The notes: generated by a model from the letters alone, not told the origin. A stretch of 54,769 bases of DNA from Prorocentrum cordatum (GCA_963575745.1 CAUYUJ010000212.1:62001-116769); one strand, 5' to 3'; counted from the first letter of the stretch, positions 24,303 to 33,315 are shown. Translations and numbers: made by a program.

Positions 24303-27300
24303 TCAAATGCAAGCTGGGACGTCCTCAGGCTGGGTGAGGCGCCCCCTCGTCTTAGGTCTCGCCCCCTCTGGTGAAGACGGGGTGACAGGGGAAAGAGAAC
24401 TGGGAGACGCAGGCAAAGGAGGAGGAGCAGGAGCAGGTAAGGAAACAGGACGAGGAGAGGACGGAGGAGGGAGGAGTTCTGGACTCTCTTGATCCCCTGG
24501 CTCGACCTCGGCGGATCCTGAGCTAACTCCTCGAGACAACTGCCGACTGAGAGACGGCGTTGCCGACTCTTCTCTGTCTGAAGGAGCCAGCTCGGAAATA
24601 GAGGGCAGCCCGGTCCTGTCCGAGCCTGGTTGAGCTACAACCGATCCGGCACGAGAGAGAGACCCCCTGGGGGGCCTCCGAGGAAGCCCAAGAGTCCCGC
24701 CCACTGACGGGGGAGAGGGTCGATTCTCCGGTCCTTGCTCCTCGGCTGGCACTGGCCCAGCTCCGGGGACCCTTGGTTCTGAGTCGAGCTCGGCCTGTGC
24801 CGCCTCGTCCCAGGCACTCTCGGGAGGGGGGCCCTCGCGCTGAACGTCCACAGCGGTCACCCGCCTCGCCTGAGCCGAACGAAGCAGCTCCTGCCATCTA
24901 GGGTCTTCGGCCAATTGAAGGCCGTACTCTTCCTCAGGGCTAGCAAGCCTGACTTGCTCGGCTGAACATTTCCAGAGACGGGCCCGGACCGCCACCCACA
25001 CCGTGCCGCCCTCGGCAAGCACCACGACCCCGGGACCCGTCCAGCCGGCACGACGGCGCCCTAGGGCGTCGGCCCTGGACGATATTCTGGTGAAATGCCT
25101 CCAGACGAAGACCCACTGGCCGGGGGTAAATCTCTTGGTCCCAGGGGTCCTCGCCCGGGCTGCTCGGGACAGCTTGTCTCGGGCCGTGGCTTCCATGGCA
25201 AGCCTACGGGCCGCCGCTCGGATAGCGTGGGCCCTGGCAAACTCGGCTCCCGCCTCGTCCTGCTCTGAGGAGGGGCTCGCGACATCCTGCCACCCGGGCA
25301 AAGCCCGTCGATCGTCGGACAAGAGCTCATGCGGAAGGCGCGGGATTTCTCCAAAAACCAACTGGAGAGGTGAAAAGCCACCTCGATGCCAAAATCGGTT
25401 CTTATGCGCCACCAGCTCAAACACCAGATCATCCAGCTCCTGGAGTGATGAGGGAAAGGACGTCCCGGACTCTAGCTCAATACGGACTCGGTCCTTGACC
25501 CAGCCACCGTGTCTCTCCACTCGTCCGTTCTGCCAGGGACTGTCCGCGTCGCAGACATGATGACAAACTCCCCACTGTTCCAAGCCTCGGGCGAACCGAG
25601 CTCCAAACTCCGAGCCCCCATCCGAGATGATCAGATGTGGCGCGCCCAACGGTCGGACCCAGGACCTCAGAAACTCGGACCAGACAGCGGCCGACGTCGC
25701 GGCCTCGACCCGGGTGACGACCTGCAGGTTCGACCCGTGGTCGACGATGTTGAGATAGGGATACGTCGTACCTTGAAAGTCGAGGTAGAAGAGATCAACC
25801 CCCACGATGTGATTAAAACGAAAGGTCCTGGGCAGAGCAACCCGACGATGGGCCCCCGACTGCGATCGTTCCGCACATTCCGAACAAACAAAATGCTGAC
25901 GCACCCATCTCACCAAGTGCTGTTTGGTGCCGCCAGCTCGAAGAACCCGAAGAAATTTTCGTTTGTCGGGATGGCCCATGTTGCAGTGCAACTTGTATAT
26001 TAACCGTTTCTCGTCCTCATTGGGCTGAGGATCGGGCTTCCCAGACACATCTCCCCTCGTTCTGTTCTGAAAGGGTGGTCGGGTCTCGGGCTCGTCGTCG
26101 CTTTCGTCCGAACCTTCGGGCTCGCCTTCGCCGCCAATTGCTTCCCCGGCCTCCGCAGCCTCGCCGGGGACTCCTTCCGCCAACTCCGCCCAGGAAGACT
26201 GCCTGGCCCTGGGGGCTCCGGACCAATGTTCGGCGACAGCCCTGGCGACAGTGCGCACGAACAAAGGGGGGTAACATGCCGCTTTGGTAGTAACCGAGCC
26301 TCCCTCCAGAACAGCGTGCTTGTGTTCCCCCGTGCAGAGGTGACCGTCTAAGAGCCGCAACACCTCGGGGTGGTTGGACAAAATTCCCGTGGGTTTCTTA
26401 TTAGGCCCCCTGTCGTCCACCCTCATTCCAAACTGGCACATGTCGAGCCGGATTCGTCGAACTCCCGGGAGGTCCCACACGCACTTGACAACATGCGTTC
26501 CCCAGGAGGAAGCGTAAAGAGAGTGTTCGAACGCAAAGAACCGTCCGTGTCGGACCTGATAGTCAGCTATCCTCATGCAAAGGAAAAGGTCTCGGAGGCC
26601 GTCCCGCACTAGTGACCTCCAGTCCCCAGGGTCCATCCGATCCCGATTCAACCTATTGATCGCGGAAAAGGCCCGACACTCGGAACACAGCCAGATCATT
26701 TCGGGTCGATCGGTCCTGATCGTCTCCCAGAGGCGATCGACTTCCGTTCTTTGAGCGGCGCCCCAACCGACCTTGAGGTCCCACGAGGCCTCCTCTCCCA
26801 CAGGGGCCCCAATTTTCTTAACGGCAGGAGCAATCCTAGGAGGGGAGAACACTTCCATGAAAGCCACCTTGGATCGTCCCGGAGTGACCGACGCGTCGAC
26901 AGGAAAGGTCCCTGGGAGGGCTCCAGTTGCCCTGGCTGCTGCCTCGCCGAGAGCCTTTCTCACTTGAGATCCGCAAGCGACCTCATGGTCGTCGTTCATC
27001 CAATCTCCGTCGAGCCACTCGGGCCCGACCAGGAGTCTCTGCACAGTGGGAGGGTAGGTAGGAGAATGGGCTGTCGACGGGCTCTCTGGTGAGCCCCTGT
27101 CGGAGACGGCAGCGCAGGCGCAGTCCAAACGACTGCACCTTGAACTCTGCTGCTGCTGGCCCGAAGCCCCTCGGCTCGGGCCGGCGACTGAAGAACGAGG
27201 AGTGACGTCCAAAGACGACGCTACATCTCGTCGTCCTTGTCGCTCTCGTACAGAATCTCCCAAGGCGTTGTCACTGCCGTGGCCCAGACCTGCCGCGTGC

Positions 27301-30300
27301 CCTCGGGCTCCGGCGAGGAAGCACCCGCCTGTGAGCTGTCCGGTTCCTGCAACGGAAGCTCTTGGTTCGCTCCGACAGCGTTGGCCACCTGCACGAGCCC
27401 CATCACCGCCGTCCCAATCTCCACGGTCATCTGCGCCATCTGACCCATTGACTCCTCGATGTTGCCGACCGACAGCGACAGGGTGCTCATCTGCTCCGTC
27501 AGGTAGTCGAGGGACTCCCCCATCGGCTCCAGTGCCTCCAGGGTACGACGGAGCCGAATGAGCGCTTGATGGATCTGCTGCAGGCCCTCCTCCAGCTGAC
27601 TGCTGGTCTGAAACTGTGCTTGACTGGCATATTGTGCAATCTGCTCGACCACCTCTTGCACCTTTCCGAGGGATCGAATCCCCTCGGGGATCTGGTGCAG
27701 CTGCCACTGTAGTGCGTTGAGGTATCCGTTCAGGTCGTTGGCCGTCTGCAGTGCTGCCGCCCCTGTCTGAAACACAGGATTCTCCTGCATGATCTGGACC
27801 GTCCGCTCGGCAGCAGCTGCCGCTCGTCTGGCCGCCTCTGCTGCGGACTCCGGCCTCGCTGCCGGCCCGCCGTCCTGCTCGCCACCGCTGCCGCGTGGCA
27901 CCCATGTGAGCTTGTAGCCGCAGAACTTGCACTTCGTGCCCGAGCCGTACTGATTGCCGTACGATGTGGCCTGCGAGTGGTTGCAGTTGTTCACCAGCTT
28001 GGGCGGGGGCGGCTTGACTGCGATCGATCTCGGCTTCAGCGGTGCCGCCACCCGCCGGGCTGGGATGGCTGCTGCTGCTGCCGCCGAAATCGGAGCTGCA
28101 GCTGCTGCTGCAGTTGTCATTTCTCCGTCGTCGCTCTGGTTCGTGACCAGCTGCATCGATGCCTGATCCTCGTCGCGGCCGTGGTGGATCCCCGGCGCTG
28201 CCCCCGAGGCACCTGCACTCGGCGTCCCTCCGTGGCCCAGCAGTCGTGCCGACCTCGCCTTCGGTGGACCTGGAAACTGCCCCTGGACTCCGGCCATCCA
28301 TGGCATCGGCGACGCTGCTGGCTGAACGCTGGAGGCTGCTGCTGGATTCGGCCCCGGCGGAGGGTCCGACGGCGGAGGGGGCGCCTGAAGCAGGTACTGC
28401 TGGTACTCCATCGTCAGGATGGGCGCCCCGTCCATCAGGTAGCCGGCCACTCCTCGGTCGGGCACTCCATCGGGTCCGGCGGCCGCCATCGCCCGGGCCC
28501 AAGTCATCAGCTGGGCGGGCAGCTGGTTGGGCACTCCAGGATGGGAAGGCGGTCCGCTCGGCGTCGTAGTGGCCTCCGCCAGCGCCTCCACCGGCGTCTC
28601 GACCGCCTGGCTCAGCACCGCCCTGGCAGCATCTCCTCGACCGTCGCTGCCGTCGCCTCTGCTGTTGCCGCCTCCGGGCGGCTGAGTGGTGGACCCGCGG
28701 AACTGGGGAGCTCCCTGCACTGAGAGGATCCCCCTCAGGATAAACATGGAAATCGTTATGAACTTCATCATTGCGCCGGACGATGCCGGCAGGACGCTGC
28801 GATCGTCGGCTCAACTGTCGATGCCGGGAAAGCCACGAGCAAAGACTCGAGCCAAAAGAGGCCACGGACAACACATACACGAGAGCCCTTGGGCCCCAGC
28901 TGCCGATGAGGTCGAGAGCTCCCTTGCCGATGGGCTCGAGAGCCCTGCCCCGCCCTCCGTTGCTGTTGTCCAAGACCTTAGTGCGCCCCAAAGATCCTGA
29001 GCCCGTGACCTGTTCGAAGCGGGCCCGCTGAGCCCAACACACGATGAATAGGCAGACCACGACTGCGACGATTGAGACGACCGAGTAGCCCAGGCACGGC
29101 GATCCCCTCGGATCCCTGCTTGGCGTTCTGCTCGAAAACCCCCTTGGTCTAGACCCCGCACGACTTGACCCGGACCCTGCTCGCCTCGACTTAGCTCTAA
29201 ACCGAAGGATGGAGATGATGAGGTGAGGGATGTACTGCGTCACAGTTCCATCTGCCAGCATCTTCGGAGGCTTCTCATTGCCAAGGGTGAATGACCCCTC
29301 CGTCAGAAAAGGATAGCGCTGGAGGGCCGACGCTGGGACTGTCGGCGGCTCCTCCAGGGAACGCACGATCTCTACCATCCTGTGCCCGGAACCCAGGCGT
29401 GTCATGGCCACGGTCGTGCGCAGGGTGCCGGAGCGAAGCCTGTTCCTCGGTAAATCAATCACGCTCTCTAGAAAGTCCAGAAGATTGACGCTCAAAATGT
29501 GAGGGACAGCCTCTCCGAGCACAGTGGTGTCTACGATGCCAAAGACGCCACCTAAACACAACGGAAAAAGTATAGCGCTCACGACCTTGGCCTGGCCTCC
29601 AACTCCGTGGGCCCCACGAAGGTGCGTCCGATGTTCAGCAGGAATCTCGACGCACCTGAGGCCGTGGGTCGCGAGCGCCTCGGACTCCCTGTTGAGAGCC
29701 TCCACGCCTACCAGATCAGTCCCCGCCCCGGGGTCGACCAGGCCCTGGGTCGACGAGGCCGCCAGAAAGATCGACCCTGACGCGATCTCCTCCTCGATCC
29801 CGCGCCACGCCGGCGCTGCCCACATGTCGTCACTGCCGAACGCCACCCCGTCGAACATGTAGGACGAGGCCTTCCTGATGGGAGTCTTCTTGACGGAGAC
29901 CTCCCGCTTGACAGCGTCCTTCTTGGTGCTGCTGACGTTGGGGCACTCACGCCCCCAATGGCCCTTCTCGTGGCACAGCTTGCACTTGGTGACCTTCATC
30001 AGCTGCTCCTGAGTGAGGAAGCGTCGCCTGCCCTGAGGAGGCCGGTGTCCTGCTCCTCCAGCTCCGCCTCCACGCTCGTCACGTTCTCGTCGCTGGCGAC
30101 CTCCTCCTCGCCCGGCTGGCCGAGAAGGATGAGAGGCCCTGCCACTGCCTCGACCTCGGGAGCCAAAATATTCTCGATCGCGTCGAGCTGCGCGCTTGAG
30201 GTCCTTGTTCTGCTTCCAGGACCTGTTGTTCGTCAGCTCGGCCAGCACCAGCTCGGCGTCGTCCTCCTCGACGTCCATGTCATCGATCTCCGCGAGGAGG

Positions 30301-31547
30301 GCCGCCACGTCCTCTTCCTCGAGCTCGTCCGACTCGTCGGCTCCCTCGTCGTAGTCATCCTCTTCGTCCTCGACCACCTGGTAGTTGGCATCCTCCGACC
30401 TACCTTCACACCGACCGAGGTTAGGAGGGGAGGAGGAAGGCTGAAAAGCACCAGCGTCCGAGCGAGCGCTCGGCCCTAGGTCTTCAGACGCTGCCGCTAG
30501 CATGCTGCCTGTCCCGGCTTTGCCGGGAAGCAGGCGCTCAGTGCCGGCTGATGAATCAAGCTGGCGCAGTGCCCACTTCACGCTGCTGTAGGTCAGGTCT
30601 CCGCGAGTGAGCGTGCGCAAGTTCTGCACGCCCTGCTGAGTGAGATTGGCCCCTTCCTCTAGGAAGAGACCCTTGAGCTTGTCGGACATCCACAAGTCGT
30701 GGCCCTCCGCGTCGATGAACTCTGCTCCACGACGACTCACGTACTGGGTGAGCGTCTCCTTGGAGTCGCGGACGGCCTCGTATAATGCTTTTCGTCCTGC
30801 CCGTCGTAGCTCGTCTCCTTCGCGCTCCCCGATCATCAAGTCCATGCGACTGAGGAGCGTCTGCAACCATGAGGATGCGGTGAGCTCCTTGTCCGGGATG
30901 TCCTCGAATTTGGCCTGCATCGTCCAGTCGAAGAGCCGCATGAACTTCTCCGACCTCCTCCAGACCGCTACGTCGGTGTTGTCGTTCCAGCGCCGAATGG
31001 CTCGGCGCCATTGTCTATAGTGGGCCCAGCCGGGCCACGCTGGAGGGTCCGAAAAATCACCTCGGCCCCCAGTCCATTGGCCTGGCCACCAGTTGCTGTT
31101 CCAGCTCGAGCCCCAGTCCTGGTGCTCGTCCCACTTCTGGTCCTCCTTCACGTCGTCCTTGTCGCCGGGCGGGCGCCGCTGTCCTGAATCTCCTGCTGCT
31201 TCTCCGCTGCCCACCTCGGCGGCTGGTCTGGTTCTGCTGCTGCTCCACGGGTCGGCCCCCGTGCCGTACCATGGGTCGGCCACCGTCGGTGCTGTCTCTG
31301 GCGGTGGCCGCTGCTGCTGTTGGCCAAAATGGCCGAGCGCCCGCACGGTTTCCTGGACCGCGGACTGTATTGCCCGAGTGAGCGTCTCCTGATCAATCGT
31401 CGTCGCCGCCGCGACCGTAGAGCCTGATGCTGCTGCTCCCGCCGTCGACCCCTCAGCTCCTCGGGCTGCCAGGACGGCGAAGGTCTCCTCTCGTCCATCG
31501 CCTCCTGGGGCGATTGGCGGCGGCTGCCGCTCACCATCTGCGGGCAT
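24303..31547 (-). CDS. gag-pol: gag-PR-spacer-DNMT-integrase polyprotein (likely ATG at 31547, first in-frame ATG downstream of the PBS)
   Basis: Zinc knuckle CKLCHEKGHWGREC (~29943-29985), protease GLVDPGAG (~29720-29750), integrase HHCC (LHCNMGHP..CSEC) and D,D,E (GVDLF, SDGGSEF, NGRVER). Confidence 0.92.
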   Translation of the reverse strand: MPADGERQPPPIAPGGDGREETFAVLAARGAEGSTAGAAASGSTVAAATTIDQETLTRAIQSAVQETVRALGHFGQQQQRPPPETAPTVADPWYGTGADPWSSSRTRPAAEVGSGEAAGDSGQRRPPGDKDDVKEDQKWDEHQDWGSSWNSNWWPGQWTGGRGDFSDPPAWPGWAHYRQWRRAIRRWNDNTDVAVWRRSEKFMRLFDWTMQAKFEDIPDKELTASSWLQTLLSRMDLMIGEREGDELRRAGRKALYEAVRDSKETLTQYVSRRGAEFIDAEGHDLWMSDKLKGLFLEEGANLTQQGVQNLRTLTRGDLTYSSVKWALRQLDSSAGTERLLPGKAGTGSMLAAASEDLGPSARSDAGAFQPSSSPPNLGRCEGRSEDANYQVVEDEEDDYDEGADESDELEEEDVAALLAEIDDMDVEEDDAELVLAELTNNRSWKQNKDLKRAARRDREYFGSRGRGSGRASHPSRPAGRGGGRQRRERDERGGGAGGAGHRPPQGRRRFLTQEQLMKVTKCKLCHEKGHWGRECPNVSSTKKDAVKREVSVKKTPIRKASSYMFDGVAFGSDDMWAAPAWRGIEEEIASGSIFLAASSTQGLVDPGAGTDLVGVEALNRESEALATHGLRCVEIPAEHRTHLRGAHGVGGQAKVVSAILFPLCLGGVFGIVDTTVLGEAVPHILSVNLLDFLESVIDLPRNRLRSGTLRTTVAMTRLGSGHRMVEIVRSLEEPPTVPASALQRYPFLTEGSFTLGNEKPPKMLADGTVTQYIPHLIISILRFRAKSRRAGSGSSRAGSRPRGFSSRTPSRDPRGSPCLGYSVVSIVAVVVCLFIVCWAQRARFEQVTGSGSLGRTKVLDNSNGGRGRALEPIGKGALDLIGSWGPRALVYVLSVASFGSSLCSWLSRHRQLSRRSQRPAGIVRRNDEVHNDFHVYPEGDPLSAGSSPVPRVHHSAARRRQQQRRRQRRSRRCCQGGAEPGGRDAGGGAGGGHYDAERTAFPSWSAQPAARPADDLGPGDGGRRTRWSARPRSGRLPDGRGAHPDDGVPAVPASGAPSAVGPSAGAESSSSLQRSASSVADAMDGRSPGAVSRSTEGEVGTTAGPRRDAECRCLGGSAGDPPRPRRGSGIDAAGHEPERRRRNDNCSSSCSSDFGGSSSSHPSPAGGGTAEAEIDRSQAAPAQAGEQLQPLAGHIVRQSVRLGHEVQVLRLQAHMGATRQRWRAGRRAGSEAGVRSRGGQTSGSCCRADGPDHAGESCVSDRGGSTADGQRPERIPQRTTVAAAPDPRGDSIPRKGARGGRADCTICQSSTVSDQQSAGGGPAADPSSAHSAPSYPGGTGADGGVPRLPDGADEHPVAVGRQHRGVNGSDGADDRGDWDGGDGARAGGQRCRSEPRASVAGTGQLTGGCFLAGARGHAAGLGHGSDNALGDSVRERQGRRDVASSLDVTPRSSVAGPSRGASGQQQQSSRCSRLDCACAAVSDRGSPESPSTAHSPTYPPTVQRLLVGPEWLDGDWMNDDHEVACGSQVRKALGEAAARATGALPGTFPVDASVTPGRSKVAFMEVFSPPRIAPAVKKIGAPVGEEASWDLKVGWGAAQRTEVDRLWETIRTDRPEMIWLCSECRAFSAINRLNRDRMDPGDWRSLVRDGLRDLFLCMRIADYQVRHGRFFAFEHSLYASSWGTHVVKCVWDLPGVRRIRLDMCQFGMRVDDRGPNKKPTGILSNHPEVLRLLDGHLCTGEHKHAVLEGGSVTTKAACYPPLFVRTVARAVAEHWSGAPRARQSSWAELAEGVPGEAAEAGEAIGGEGEPEGSDESDDEPETRPPFQNRTRGDVSGKPDPQPNEDEKRLIYKLHCNMGHPDKRKFLRVLRAGGTKQHLVRWVRQHFVCSECAERSQSGAHRRVALPRTFRFNHIVGVDLFYLDFQGTTYPYLNIVDHGSNLQVVTRVEAATSAAVWSEFLRSWVRPLGAPHLIISDGGSEFGARFARGLEQWGVCHHVCDADSPWQNGRVERHGGWVKDRVRIELESGTSFPSSLQELDDLVFELVAHKNRFWHRGGFSPLQLVFGEIPRLPHELLSDDRRALPGWQDVASPSSEQDEAGAEFARAHAIRAAARRLAMEATARDKLSRAARARTPGTKRFTPGQWVFVWRHFTRISSRADALGRRRAGWTGPGVVVLAEGGTVWVAVRARLWKCSAEQVRLASPEEEYGLQLAEDPRWQELLRSAQARRVTAVDVQREGPPPESAWDEAAQAELDSEPRVPGAGPVPAEEQGPENRPSPPSVGGTLGLPRRPPRGSLSRAGSVVAQPGSDRTGLPSISELAPSDREESATPSLSRQLSRGVSSGSAEVEPGDQESPELLPPPSSPRPVSLPAPAPPPLPASPSSLSPVTPSSPEGARPKTRGRLTQPEDVPACI
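25350..26000 (-). other. Integrase domain (HHCC plus DDE core)
   Basis: KLHCNMGHP, CSEC, VGVDLF, IISDGGSEF, PWQNGRVERHGG, GFSPLQLVFG. Confidence 0.92.
26240..26870 (-). other. C5 cytosine DNA methyltransferase-like domain within the polyprotein
   Basis: FMEVFSPPR (motif I position), WDLKVGW, WLCSECRAFS (motif IV position), FAFEHS..SSW (VI), DMCQFG, KKPT (VIII), AACYPP. The layout matches DNMT domains of dinoflagellate retrotransposons as I recall them. Confidence 0.8.
27221..28771 (-). CDS. Nested 516-aa ORF in the +1 frame of the polyprotein: signal-peptide-like N-terminus, CxH...CxxC motif, long heptad coiled coil; function unknown
   Basis: ATG start, protein-like composition while the polyprotein frame here is R/G/S/A-rich filler; first ATG after an SL-like motif; NCNHSQATSYGNQYGSGTKCKFCG. 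Confidence 0.8.
   Translation of the reverse strand: MMKFITISMFILRGILSVQGAPQFRGSTTQPPGGGNSRGDGSDGRGDAARAVLSQAVETPVEALAEATTTPSGPPSHPGVPNQLPAQLMTWARAMAAAGPDGVPDRGVAGYLMDGAPILTMEYQQYLLQAPPPPSDPPPGPNPAAASSVQPAASPMPWMAGVQGQFPGPPKARSARLLGHGGTPSAGASGAAPGIHHGRDEDQASMQLVTNQSDDGEMTTAAAAAAPISAAAAAAIPARRVAAPLKPRSIAVKPPPPKLVNNCNHSQATSYGNQYGSGTKCKFCGYKLTWVPRGSGGEQDGGPAARPESAAEAARRAAAAAERTVQIMQENPVFQTGAAALQTANDLNGYLNALQWQLHQIPEGIRSLGKVQEVVEQIAQYASQAQFQTSSQLEEGLQQIHQALIRLRRTLEALEPMGESLDYLTEQMSTLSLSVGNIEESMGQMAQMTVEIGTAVMGLVQVANAVGANQELPLQEPDSSQAGASSPEPEGTRQVWATAVTTPWEILYESDKDDEM
28846..28868 (-). other. Internal DinoSL-like motif upstream of the nested ORF
   Basis: TCCGTGGCCTCTTTTGGCTCGAG versus TCCGTAGCCATTTTGGCTCAAG: 19 of 22 SL bases match with a 1-nt insertion. 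Confidence 0.85.
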
Positions 31548-31673
31548 CTCTCTGCCGTGGATCCCACGCTGCTCAGTGGTCAGAGCGAAGCCTGGCTCCG
31601 GGGCGCGCAAGCGCAGAGCGGCCTGGCCGTCACAGCCAGCCTCTCGCGCCCATGGCCTCCGGGCCGGACCCCG

Positions 31674-31684
31674 CTCCGCTACCA
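31674..31684 (-). promoter_or_regulatory. Primer-binding site, probably for the tRNA-iMet 3' end
   Basis: TGGTAGCGGAG begins 2 nt after the 5' LTR; similar to the TGGTAGCAGAG complement of eukaryotic initiator tRNA. Confidence 0.8.
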
Positions 31685-31686
31685 AC

Positions 31687-31829
31687 TGTGGCAGCAGGAG
31701 AGGGGACAGAATGTTTTCCCTTGAGCCACATGTGGCACGGACACGTACAAGATGGATCTCTGTCCATCGGTCCCCAGAGTGAAACACCAAAAGCTAAACC
31801 TATACGTGAGATTATGGACCCCTGGAACA
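31687..31829 (-). repeat. 5' LTR (143 bp)
   Basis: TGTTCC...GCCACA on the minus strand; followed by the PBS. Confidence 0.97.
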
Positions 31830-32006
31830 CTCTCTTTCTCTCCCCCTCTCACGTCACCCTACGCACGTTCCTGACACATTGCTTTCCTGTGTGTGCAGAT
31901 GCACGCTAACGACACATGCAATGAGTTCAGCTCTGGCCGATCCACGCCCCCGAGAGAAACATGTTGTGGCTTGCAATGCGTATGCGTGTGCGTACGTGTG
32001 TATATG

Positions 32007-32039
<33 letters not shown>

Positions 32040-32154
32040 GCTGAAACTACTAGAACCATCGCGAGCGCTTCACGCGCGCTCAACTTCTAGCCCAGGCCGG
32101 GGGGGCGCTGGAAGATCTTGGACAGCGCTATCAATCACATGCGCGTGACATAGT

Positions 32155-33315
32155 CGTGCCTCCTGAGGGCCTCTCGGGGACCTCTTGGGTCTTTGTGGGG
32201 GCATCTGAAGGGCTTCTGGGGGGGTTCTCCATGCTTCCTCAATTTGCTGTTGGAGGCACCTCTTGGGTGCTTCTTGGGGGGGCGTCTTGGGGTTTCTTGG
32301 GGTCCCTTGGGAGCATCGTCGGGGTTCTCTGGGCAGTCGGAAGGTGATGTTCTGCAATCTGCAGCCGTCATTGGCCGTCTTGGCTGCGTAGAGGCCCGAC
32401 TTGATGGCGCCTGGGGCCACACAGAGGCAATCCGGAAGCCTCCCAGGGGCCTCCTGCAGACAGTTTTGATGCATCGAGGGCACTGTTGAGCAATCCCGTG
32501 TGCGTCTCCTTGAAGCCTTTGCGGGCCCCTTGGGGGCCTCGTGGGGGTGGGGGCCTCTTGGGCTCTCTTGGGGGGCCTCTTGGGGCCTCCTCGGAGCATC
32601 CTGGACTGCTTCTTGAAGTCGTCATGGGACCTTCTTGGCATGTCTTCGGGGGCCTCTTAGAGAGAGTTTTGAAGCCTTTTGGGTGCCGTCTTGGGGCCTC
32701 TTGCAGCCTCTGTTGGGCTTCTTGGGGGCCTCTTGGGACCTCTTGGGGCCTCTTGGGAGCTTCCTGGGGGCCTCTCGGGGCCTCTCGGAGGCATCTTGGG
32801 GCGGAGAGCTTGATTTTTCAGCTCGCGTTCCCTCTCTTGGGCCCCTCCTGGGGCCTTCTTGGGGCACTCTTGCGCCGTCTTGGGCGGCTCTTGAGCCGTC
32901 TCGGGGCTCTCTTGGGCCGTCTTGGGGCCTTCTTGGGGGCCTCTCGGGCCGTCTTGGAGCGGTTTGGGGAGCCTCTTGGGCGGTGCTTTAACGCTGGAAA
33001 CACGAAACAGCGAGAATGCAAAAAATAATGGAAAAAACAAATGAAAATCAACGATTTTGCCGTCTCGGGGCGCTCTTGGGCGGCATCTTGAAGGCCTCTT
33101 GGGGCGTCTTGGGTGCCTCCGGGGCAGTTTAAAACGCATCGTGCGTCGCCAAAGACCCCTAGAGAGCGTCTTGGGGGTGTCTCGAGACCGTCTGGGGCCG
33201 CCGGGATTGCTGCCCGGGGCGATTTCAGGCCTCCCAAAGGCGGGCCTGGGCCCCGGTCCCCACATTTGTGGTCGAGGCTCCAGCCCTCGGCCCCCGGGCC
33301 CAGTGCACCGCTGTA
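32155..33315. repeat. GGCCTCTTGGGG-rich dispersed repeat element, followed by (TA)n
   Basis: Dense degenerate 11-12-mer repeats; similar to 11760-12075. Confidence 0.65.

Larger units (their letters stand above)
21682..31829 (-). mobile_element. Full-length Ty1/copia LTR retrotransposon carrying a C5 cytosine methyltransferase domain and a nested overlapping ORF
   Basis: Two 143-bp TG..CA LTRs, PBS, domain order gag-PR-DNMT-IN-RT-RH; flanked on both sides by CTCTCT (insertion into a (CT)n tract, so TSD length is ambiguous). Confidence 0.96.

Noticed and set aside
31548..31790. ORF-track start of the polyprotein at 31790
   Set aside because: It lies inside the 5' LTR upstream of the PBS; the ATG at 31547 is more plausible.
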